Below are positions 31,233-38,668 of a stretch of DNA of 38,668 bases, piece by piece (positions within the stretch are counted from its first letter, which is position 1; every line of letters begins with the position of its first letter). The stretch is from positions 1 through 38,668 of the forward strand of contig JAEOTS010000092.1 of the NCBI GenBank assembly GCA_016839745.1, given 5' to 3'. Both the position numbers and the translations under genes were made by a program. The stretch is from Promethearchaeota archaeon. Its GTDB lineage: Archaea > Asgardarchaeota > Lokiarchaeia > Sigyniarchaeales > SOKP01. The notes below the pieces were generated by a model, which was given only the letters and a program-made list of their open reading frames with translations, searched no databases and was not told the DNA's origin.

Positions 31233-32270
31233 ATGCCTAAAGATCTTAAAAATGTTATAGATGGGATCGAATCGAACGAGAAAGAAACTGCAGTTTTTCA
31301 ATCAAAAATCGATCGCTTACAAGAAATACTAGAAAAACAAAAGAGAGTTATCAATAATCAGGAAAGTATTATTGAGGAACAGAAAGTTAAGATAACCAGA
31401 ATGTATGATATTCCAGAAGATGTATTAGAATTAAAAGAATTAATCGGAACACAAAGAGCATTACTTAACGAAAGAGAAAGTGAGCATGACCTCGCGAAAG
31501 GTGAAGTCCTTGCAATAGAAAAAGAACTGGAATTTATGAAAAGACAAAACATTCCAACTCAGAAGAGATTGGACGAAAGTTTCGAAACAATTGGAAATCT
31601 TAAAGCTGAATTAGCCGAGAGGAATTCAGAAATAATTCTTAAGGATGGAAACATCAAATCATTAGAGAATAAGGTGAAAGAACTTCAAACTTTTGCGAAT
31701 AAACTGCAAGACGAACAAGTAAAGCTATTATCAGATATGGATCAAAAATGGAAAAAAGAACTGGAACAACTAAGGACTGATCACATCAAAGAGAAGCAAG
31801 ATTTGATTGGGAAAATCTCCGATTTAGATACATTTCTCCTAGATAGTAAGTTGGTTTCAACTGAGGCAACCTCAGAAGCAAAAGATTTGAAATCTAGGTT
31901 TGATGAAATTCGAACAAGACAAGAGAATTTGATAAAAAAACTAGAAGATGCTTTAGAGAACAAACGCGAAGCAGATGAGGTTGTAAGAAAATTAAATTCT
32001 GATATGGAAGGACTTAAAGAATTTAAGAAGAAGAATTTGAAGAAGATTCATTATTACGATAAATTAACTGAGCTAATGGAACACGAAGCCCAATTCAAAG
32101 CATTCTTAATATTAGAACAAGTAGGATCAATGGCGATTGATGATTTGAGAAGTGCTCTTGGTTCACCTATTGTATTAGTAAAAAAAATAGTTCAGAATTT
32201 ACAGGATGTCAATCTTGTTGATATTAACGATGTTGGTAAGATTTTTGTAAAGAAAATAGAAGAAAATTAA
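31233..32270 (+). CDS. Long coiled-coil protein with C-terminal winged-helix-like domain
   Basis: Heptad-rich E/K/L sequence over ~280 aa; C-terminal 'AFLILEQVGSMAIDDLRSALG...VKKIVQNLQDVNLVDI' HTH-wing pattern. Confidence 0.7.
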   Translation: MPKDLKNVIDGIESNEKETAVFQSKIDRLQEILEKQKRVINNQESIIEEQKVKITRMYDIPEDVLELKELIGTQRALLNERESEHDLAKGEVLAIEKELEFMKRQNIPTQKRLDESFETIGNLKAELAERNSEIILKDGNIKSLENKVKELQTFANKLQDEQVKLLSDMDQKWKKELEQLRTDHIKEKQDLIGKISDLDTFLLDSKLVSTEATSEAKDLKSRFDEIRTRQENLIKKLEDALENKREADEVVRKLNSDMEGLKEFKKKNLKKIHYYDKLTELMEHEAQFKAFLILEQVGSMAIDDLRSALGSPIVLVKKIVQNLQDVNLVDINDVGKIFVKKIEEN

Positions 32271-32301
32271 GTTACTTTACTTTTTTAATAAAGCTGTTGG
32301 G

Positions 32302-32679
32302 TTATATCTTAGCCAAATCTTTATAGAGGTTAGGAAGAAGTTTCAAAAATTTACCATCTTGAGTTTGATCGAGTATTTCAGCAGCTATTGTTTTTAAAAT
32401 TTCTCGATATTTACTTGGTTTTTCATCCCTACGTAATAACAAGGCAACTACATAATTCTCCACACTTATGTGGTCATCTCCTACACCAGAGAAGAAGGAA
32501 ACAACCTTATTGTTCTTTAGCGAGATGCTTGCAAACCCTGGTTTAAGGCTTTGATACCTATGCGAAGAATATACCTGTGTGAGTAGATTATTTGTGATTT
32601 TGAGGTTATCAGGATAAAAACCTTCGTTAATCGGCCCAATTTCATTATCCCAGCGAATTATAAGTATACCAACAGGCAA
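32302..32679 (-). CDS. Stand-alone longin / uDENN-like domain protein
   Basis: N-terminal beta-hairpin 'ILIIRWDNEIGP.....YP', then helix, three strands and C-terminal helices; 125 aa; TTG start. Confidence 0.65.
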   Translation of the reverse strand: MPVGILIIRWDNEIGPINEGFYPDNLKITNNLLTQVYSSHRYQSLKPGFASISLKNNKVVSFFSGVGDDHISVENYVVALLLRRDEKPSKYREILKTIAAEILDQTQDGKFLKLLPNLYKDLAKI

Positions 32680-32989
32680 TATACAAACCTCGTAGAAGAT
32701 TAAAATAATATTATATTTGTTTTATTATAATTTTAATATCTTGTTATTATTTATTTATTTTTATTTTTCTCAGTTAACTCATTCGTTTTGCAATGTTCGA
32801 AACTATTTTAAAAATAGAATTAATATCTATATATCCTTCAAATAAAATAGAACACTAATTAGAGGGTTAACTCTTAAGGTAAAAATTTAAATTAAAACTA
32901 AAATTTCTCAATAGTACACTTAAAACCTATTAGATTCGACAAAAACATAGTATTATAATAAAAGTAATTTATTAATAGCATAATAAATT

Positions 32990-33109
32990 GGCGGGATTAC
33001 CGAGTCTGGTCAAAGGTCTTATGGTTTAGAAGGGTCAAGACCGATTATAGGTGCTGGACTTAAGATCCAGTGGCAAAGGCCTTCGGGAGTTCGAATCTCC
33101 CTCCCGCCA
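32990..33109 (+). tRNA. tRNA-Leu(TAA) with a 35-nt intron (33014-33048) in the D-loop
   Basis: Acceptor GGCGGGA/TCCCGCC plus discriminator A; D-stem ACC/GGT; anticodon arm CTGGA-CTTAAGA-TCCAG (TAA at 33061-33063); variable arm GGC-AAAG-GCC; T-arm GGGAG-TTCGAAT-CTCCC; CCA not encoded. Confidence 0.93.
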
Positions 33110-33111
33110 CA

Positions 33112-33122
33112 TTCTTTTTTTA
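33112..33122 (+). terminator. Oligo-T terminator after the tRNA
   Basis: TTCTTTTTTT immediately downstream of the tRNA 3' end. Confidence 0.55.
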
Positions 33123-33226
33123 ATTAATATTGATTTTTAGTTAACATAATAATGTGAAAGAATAAAATTAATATTTCGATGATTTCTAATTAAATATTAA
33201 TTCATTATTAACCTAAAAAGATTAAA

Positions 33227-34531
33227 ATGAAATTAACTGAAATAATTGGTTTAGAAGAAAAACACGCCCGACTTCTAGAAAAAGCGGGTATAAAGGAAGT
33301 AGAAGATCTTCTGAGTTTAAGTTACTATCACATTAAGCAATTAGCGAGAAGTATTGGCGTGACAGTAAAAGCGCTTGATACATGGCAAGAACACGCTGAT
33401 TTAATGAGGATGCAAGGCGTTAGTCCTGAATTAGCAAACGCTATAAACTTGATAGGGATCGATTCTGTTAAGGAATTCGCGTATCGGAATGCAAAAACAA
33501 CGCTTGAGAAGTTAAAGGAATTAAAAAAGAACAATCCTAAAATCCTTGCTAAAGTTCCGACTTTAAAAAACATTGAAGATTGGATAAATGAAGCGAAAAG
33601 TCTTGCAGAAGTGCCAAAGAAAGGTGAAAAGGTTAAAAAAAAGCCAGCACCAAAGACAAAACCCGTACCAAAGGGGGATTCAAGTCCAGACATCCCAATT
33701 ATTCCTAACTATAAACCATTTGAAACATTTGATAAAGATTACGGCGAATATGGCCCTGATTACTGGAATAGCAAATGGGATACGGCACCAATCATATATA
33801 CCGGCCGAGCATTGAGAGGAGAATCGTATAGTAAACAAATTGATGTTGATGTAAAAGCGTTCATAAAAAAAAATGACGCGATATTATGGCATGTTTTAAC
33901 TCAATTAGAACTAAGGAAAGACACTCCAAACAATACGGCTTTAGCAATCCAAAACTTTGTATGTAATTTTCTAAAATATAAATATGATGACATCGCATCA
34001 GAATGTCCTGAATTTTGGTTATTTCCCTTCGAAGCGATTCAATCAGAAATCGGTGACTGTGAAGATGGAGCCATCTTAATTGCAAGCTTGTTAATTAATG
34101 TTGGCATCCCTTCATGGAGAGTCAAAGTGTGTGCGGCTCAAGTAATGGCAGATCCCGTTTTTGCACCATCAGATGAGGAATTAGGCGGGCATGCGTATTG
34201 TATATATTTAGCAGATCGCCCAGAATCAGAACGGAAATTAGAATGGATAATTTTAGATTGGTGTTATTTACAGGATCCAGAAGTATCGATAGAAAATAAA
34301 CCTTTAGCACGAAATGGGGGGACAGAGGGGGCTTATAGGGATATATGGTTTACTTTTAATGACGAACAATCTTATGCGCAAAGTAGTTTTGAAGTTAAGG
34401 AGAGAAGGATTAGTAAGAATCGAACAATGCAGAAAGACGAAGTTTTAGCTCCATTAGAAGACATTTTAAGAAGTCTCGCATCCGACACAATTGATAAAAT
34501 TTTCAGGAACCTAAATATTGACATTGAATAA
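33227..34531 (+). CDS. DUF4332-like tandem HhH domain fused to a transglutaminase-like cysteine peptidase domain
   Basis: N-terminal 'IIGLEEKHARLLEKAGI', 'WQEHADLMRMQGV', 'GIDSVKEFA'; K/P-rich linker; triad motifs 'GDCEDGAIL', 'GHAY', 'WIILDW'. Confidence 0.8.
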   Translation: MKLTEIIGLEEKHARLLEKAGIKEVEDLLSLSYYHIKQLARSIGVTVKALDTWQEHADLMRMQGVSPELANAINLIGIDSVKEFAYRNAKTTLEKLKELKKNNPKILAKVPTLKNIEDWINEAKSLAEVPKKGEKVKKKPAPKTKPVPKGDSSPDIPIIPNYKPFETFDKDYGEYGPDYWNSKWDTAPIIYTGRALRGESYSKQIDVDVKAFIKKNDAILWHVLTQLELRKDTPNNTALAIQNFVCNFLKYKYDDIASECPEFWLFPFEAIQSEIGDCEDGAILIASLLINVGIPSWRVKVCAAQVMADPVFAPSDEELGGHAYCIYLADRPESERKLEWIILDWCYLQDPEVSIENKPLARNGGTEGAYRDIWFTFNDEQSYAQSSFEVKERRISKNRTMQKDEVLAPLEDILRSLASDTIDKIFRNLNIDIE

Positions 34532-34614
34532 TTGTAAAAACTTGATAACAATTATTTTTTTTTCACTTTTTTTTGATTTTATATATAATAAAAAGAAAAA
34601 AATTAAAGTACAAT

Positions 34615-35250
34615 TTATTCGCTACTCTCCTTTATAGCAGTTTGAGTTAATTGAATTCCACAAAAAGGGCAGTATATTACTTTTCTTCCGATCTCGGAGC
34701 CGCAATTTGAACATTTAGTTTTGAATTTAAGAGTTGATGGAATGCTATCTTTAATTCTTTCAAAAGACCTGTTTAGTAATTCTTGCACTTCTTTACTAAT
34801 TTCCTTTATATCTTCCTGAGGATGTGATTTAATGTATATAGATGACAAATCCACAATAAAATTTTCAATTAATAGGAGTTGCTCTAAATAATTTTTATTC
34901 ACTTTCAATTTCAACAGTTCTTCTCCTGCTTTAGTTAATGTATAGAGTTTTCTTAGAGGTCCAATTGGGCTTTTTACCATTTTTGATTTAAGAAATCCAC
35001 TTCCCTCCAGCTTTGATAAAATCGGATAAATTGTCCCCGATTTAGCTTCCCATGTTCCTGCAAAATGTTTATTTAAAGCTAGCATTAAATCATATCCAGA
35101 TAGGGCTTGACTATTGAAAATGACTTCAACTATTGTAAATTCTAAAGGAGTTAACTTGCTTTTGGTAATATTAGCAAAAATTTCTTGCTTAATTTCAGAT
35201 CTTAACTCTTCAATATCTTCTTCAAGATCTAAAAATTTTCCTAGCCACAT
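34615..35250 (-). CDS. PadR family transcriptional regulator with C-terminal zinc ribbon
   Basis: 'SGYDL', 'SGTIYPILSKLE..G', 'RKLYTLTKAG'; 'CSNC...CPFC'. Confidence 0.9.
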   Translation of the reverse strand: MWLGKFLDLEEDIEELRSEIKQEIFANITKSKLTPLEFTIVEVIFNSQALSGYDLMLALNKHFAGTWEAKSGTIYPILSKLEGSGFLKSKMVKSPIGPLRKLYTLTKAGEELLKLKVNKNYLEQLLLIENFIVDLSSIYIKSHPQEDIKEISKEVQELLNRSFERIKDSIPSTLKFKTKCSNCGSEIGRKVIYCPFCGIQLTQTAIKESSE

Positions 35251-35274
35251 TATTAGAAAACTCCTTAAGTATTA

Positions 35275-35784
35275 TTATTTTTTAAACTTTCTTTGCATTT
35301 TTTCTAATTCTCTATCTATAGCGCGCTCTTTTTTTGATTTAAATCCACTGAAATCTACGGTTGATCCACGATAATAGACTAAATAGACAACCATATGGAT
35401 ACCTAAAGCTATACTCCAAAAGAAAGCAGGAAAGATAACCCAGAAAACTATGATGTTAGTCAAAAAATTAATTACAAATAATAGTAGCATCACGGTAATA
35501 AAAGTAACAATGTGAAAAATTACGCCTCTTTTTGCCATAGGATATACTCCACGAGCATAAACTAAATAAGCTGTAAGATGCTCAACGAAACCGATAGACC
35601 ATCCTAAAATTGGATATAGAAACCATAAATAGGAAGAAGTAAATCCATTTACAACAAAAAATAGGGCACAACCAAATAAAAATACCCCCAAGTGAATTTT
35701 TACGGACATCCTGAAATTTACTTTTTTGAGGGCTATAATACGAAGGTCATCTTCTGAAAACCCATTATATCTTTTTTCACTCAT
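35275..35784 (-). CDS. Tandem 2TM-domain membrane protein
   Basis: Two copies of 'H..(V/T)F.....L.F..N..T....W..(Y/F)P...W.I....H'. Confidence 0.8.
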   Translation of the reverse strand: MSEKRYNGFSEDDLRIIALKKVNFRMSVKIHLGVFLFGCALFFVVNGFTSSYLWFLYPILGWSIGFVEHLTAYLVYARGVYPMAKRGVIFHIVTFITVMLLLFVINFLTNIIVFWVIFPAFFWSIALGIHMVVYLVYYRGSTVDFSGFKSKKERAIDRELEKMQRKFKK

Positions 35785-35869
35785 TTTTTAGCTCTCTTTA
35801 CCTTAAATTGAAAATTAAAACTTCAAACAAAATTTATTATTATTATAGTGTGTTTTATCATTTTTAAAC

Positions 35870-35905
35870 TTGTTGATTCTACATAGTTAATGTTGAAACT
35901 ACATA
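35870..35905. promoter_or_regulatory. Tandem palindromic operator candidate (wTGT-N7-ACAT x2, 20-bp period)
   Basis: TGTTGATTCTACATA (35871-35885) and TGTTGAAACTACATA (35891-35905), 13/15 identical, upstream of the 2TM-PadR pair. Confidence 0.6.
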
Positions 35906-36034
35906 CCTTAAAAAACATTTAAATTAAAGCCTATCACGATGATTAAAAGTATTAAACTGCTTATGGTTAGGAAAAAGTTTTAATATCACAATTTACGTTA
36001 ATTCTCTATCTATAAGTCTAATCGGTTTATTGCG

Positions 36035-36676
36035 TTGTTTTCTGAATATATAGAAAAAATTGAGAAATGGGATCGAAAAACATTCCTTAGCCTCTATCAG
36101 AGCGATTTCTCTCAGAGAACAAAGCAATTTGCGAAAGTTTTTAGTTTTTTCGGGAGCTTGTATTTTTGGTCACTTGTTTGGATTTCATGGTTTATTTATG
36201 GTTATATAACCAAGGATTATTATTTATTAGTATTATTCACAGGGGCTTTTGACCAATCTATAATGATTCACCTTATTATTCGATATGGAATAGTTAGAAG
36301 AAATAGACCTTTTATCAAACTTGAGAAAGAAGGTGTAAAACAACACGACGAATTTATAAGGATCCCATATTTAATGTCAGAATCGGAAGGAAAATCGTTT
36401 CCAAGTGGCCATGTTACATTCTTTCTTCTATTTGGAATGGTTTTTAGTTTTTATTTTAACAGTTGGACTATGTTTGTTATAGTCTTGGGATTAAGTGTAG
36501 TAATGGCATTTTCACGCTTAATTTTAGGAGTTCACTTTCCGAGCGATGTTATTTTTGGATTTATTTTTGCATTCTTGTATGCTTTTTTATATCTTGGATG
36601 GACTTATGTTTATTGGATTGAATTTTACTACTGGATAGGACCAATTTTCTCTGAAATTTTCCACTTTTGGAGATAA
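36035..36676 (+). CDS. PAP2 superfamily membrane phosphatase
   Basis: 'R.RP', 'SFPSGH', 'SRLILGVHFPSDV'. Confidence 0.92.
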   Translation: MFSEYIEKIEKWDRKTFLSLYQSDFSQRTKQFAKVFSFFGSLYFWSLVWISWFIYGYITKDYYLLVLFTGAFDQSIMIHLIIRYGIVRRNRPFIKLEKEGVKQHDEFIRIPYLMSESEGKSFPSGHVTFFLLFGMVFSFYFNSWTMFVIVLGLSVVMAFSRLILGVHFPSDVIFGFIFAFLYAFLYLGWTYVYWIEFYYWIGPIFSEIFHFWR

Positions 36677-36737
36677 AAATTATTAAGATTTAGTCTATTA
36701 ACAAATCCTTTAAAATATTTCAAGCATTTTTTCTTAT

Positions 36738-38165
36738 ATGATTGAAAGTGAAACTGAAACTAAAGTTGGGTTTTTTCGTATCGTAAAACGGTTATGGCCT
36801 AGTTTTGTTTTGCATAATTCTTTTGCTTTTACCGTATCCACGATTTTTATAAATTTCTTACTAGTTTCCAATATAATTTGGCCTGGTGAGAGTTTTCACT
36901 CTGCGGAAATGGGAATATTAGTAGGCACTAGCACTTATACAATGGCTTTATCTGGTATCCTCTTTGGTGTATTAGCAGACAGATACTCGCGCAAAATTTT
37001 GATGTCTATTACAGAAATAATCTTTGGTTTTGGATATTTACTAAATGGATTTGTCTTACAAGGTTTAGGTTTAGAGACATTTACATACTTCTTACTATTT
37101 AGTCTATTGAGAGGATTTGCAACAGGTGGTTTTTGGCCAATAATTAACTCCTTTGGAAACGATTCTACTGAGGAGGGAGAAAGATCACAATTTTTTGGTA
37201 CATTACAAGCGTTATTCCAAGTTTTTCAAATAGTTGGAATGGTAATTTCAGCAATTTTGTTCCAAAATTCTTTTTGGAGAGAATATTTCTGGGTTATAGG
37301 TATCATTTACATCTTGTTTGGATTAGTGATATTAGCTAAAGGGAGAGAGCCTAAGCGCGCATCAACTCATAAAGAATTAAGTGAAGTTTTACTAAATGAT
37401 GATATAAGTTATGATTATAAATTGAATAAGGAGACAATTAAATCAACAATTTTTACTCCTACTAATATTATTGCTTTTGTTGAAGGCTTATTCACTACTG
37501 TAATGTTAATGGTACCGGATTTCTTGTTTGTTCCCTACATTCAATCTGATCCCTATAATATTTCTCCCTTTGCATCTAGTATTTTTATGATAATGTTTGG
37601 TTTACCAGGCGGTTTATTGGGTTCTCTAGCCTTTGCAAAGTTATCAGACAGATTAGCTAAAAGAAACATTAAAAATCGAGTTTATATGATTGCATTATCA
37701 ATTATTGGGTTATTTGGATTCTACATCGCATTATTTTTTCTCCCTCTCCCTCACTTAAATGAAACTCAAGGAAATGATATAGGATTATTATTGACTCTAC
37801 CTATGCTTTGGATGTTAGGATTGTTTACTTTAATCGCGCGGGCAGTTGTTGGATTATGGAACATAAATCAACCCCCGATATTGCAAGCTATAAACTTACC
37901 AGAAGCTCAAGGAACAATTAGCTCTGCTAATCAGTTTCTTGAGAATCTAGGGAGTGGTACTGGCCCCATTATAGCTGGAACAATATTAGTTTTGTTTTAC
38001 AATAATTATCAACTGACAGTTGGGGTAACAATGGGAATAGGAATCATTGGAGGAATGTTATGGTTGTTAGCTACTCGGTGGATAAACAAAGATGTGAATA
38101 GAATTTCGGAGATATTAAAAAAGCGTAGTGTCGAATTAGATATAAACAATAAGAATGAAAATTAA
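36738..38165 (+). CDS. MFS transporter
   Basis: Motif A 'GVLADRYSRK', second 'LSDRL', about 12 TM helices. Confidence 0.92.
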   Translation: MIESETETKVGFFRIVKRLWPSFVLHNSFAFTVSTIFINFLLVSNIIWPGESFHSAEMGILVGTSTYTMALSGILFGVLADRYSRKILMSITEIIFGFGYLLNGFVLQGLGLETFTYFLLFSLLRGFATGGFWPIINSFGNDSTEEGERSQFFGTLQALFQVFQIVGMVISAILFQNSFWREYFWVIGIIYILFGLVILAKGREPKRASTHKELSEVLLNDDISYDYKLNKETIKSTIFTPTNIIAFVEGLFTTVMLMVPDFLFVPYIQSDPYNISPFASSIFMIMFGLPGGLLGSLAFAKLSDRLAKRNIKNRVYMIALSIIGLFGFYIALFFLPLPHLNETQGNDIGLLLTLPMLWMLGLFTLIARAVVGLWNINQPPILQAINLPEAQGTISSANQFLENLGSGTGPIIAGTILVLFYNNYQLTVGVTMGIGIIGGMLWLLATRWINKDVNRISEILKKRSVELDINNKNEN

Positions 38166-38199
38166 TAATTTGTTAAAATTCAATAGTAAAATCTTCGAA

Positions 38200-38667
38200 T
38201 TAAAACCAGTCTGTAAATTCGTCCAAAGATCTTCTCTTTCTTTCTTCTTCTTTTTCAACGGATTCGTTAATTAGACCAACCGTGAGGACTCCCATTAGTT
38301 CATATCTTTCTGGAGAAAACTTAAAGATTTCGTTAATTTTTTCTCTATTTTTTAAGATTTCTCCTATCCAGACTGCACCTAGTCCTTTTGCATGAATTGC
38401 TAACAGCATATTTTGAATAAACGCTCCTATAGCTAGAATATCTTTTACACGATCGTAACCTCTTTCTAGATCTAAGAAAACGACGAAATTCAGATAAGCA
38501 CTTTCAATAATACCACCATATTTCGATTGTTCTGCAATCATTCTCTTGACAGTCGGATGGGAAACAATACAGACTTTCCAAGGTTGGCTGTTTTGACCAG
38601 AGGGAGCCCATCGTCCACAATCTACTATTTGCTTAATTGTATCGTTATCAATTTTCTTGTAAACAAA
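38200..38667 (-). CDS. Nitroreductase family protein (5' end outside the window)
   Basis: Frame is open to the window edge: 'CGRWAPSGQNSQPW', 'QNMLLAIHAKGLGAVWIG'. Confidence 0.9.
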   Translation of the reverse strand, partial: FVYKKIDNDTIKQIVDCGRWAPSGQNSQPWKVCIVSHPTVKRMIAEQSKYGGIIESAYLNFVVFLDLERGYDRVKDILAIGAFIQNMLLAIHAKGLGAVWIGEILKNREKINEIFKFSPERYELMGVLTVGLINESVEKEEERKRRSLDEFTDWF

Positions 38668-38668
38668 A

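Noticed and set aside
31233-32270. SMC/Rad50 chromosome partition ATPase
   Set aside because: No Walker A/B, signature motif or hinge; too short
33090-34531. tRNA-Leu as the attachment site of an island
   Set aside because: No duplicate of the tRNA 3' end was noticed in the window, there is no integrase, and downstream genes show no obvious compositional shift

Overview
AT-rich, gene-dense archaeal window, most consistent with an Asgard archaeon (Lokiarchaeia-like). The assignment is inferred from an archaeal proteasome beta subunit, long-type FKBP, geranylgeranyl reductases, an intron-containing tRNA with a bulge-helix-bulge motif, and several eukaryote-like domains. It holds about 34 CDSs and one tRNA-Leu(TAA) with a 35-nt intron at a non-canonical D-loop position; no CRISPR, rRNA, transposase or integrase was seen. 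Main blocks: a tandem ATP-grasp pair with ITPK1-like motifs (123-1747); HhH-FKBP, PflX-like radical SAM, an IFT52/GIFT-like protein, psmB and ATL (1780-6228); a ~12 kb cytoplasmic glycan-degradation cluster of sulfatase, GH2, GH109-like Gfo/Idh/MocA, GH4, YdjC deacetylase, DUF3604-like PHP hydrolase and GH20 (6247-18191); a head-to-head GGR pair; a serine-pathway neighbourhood (class V aminotransferase, serA, DUF1015, plus a molybdopterin oxidoreductase); an ogt gene with an apparent in-frame TAG; a coiled-coil/wHTH protein converging on a stand-alone uDENN/longin-like protein; an HhH-transglutaminase fusion; and a 2TM/PadR pair with a candidate tandem operator. All family calls come from motif reading by eye, with reference motifs recalled from memory; no database searches were run.
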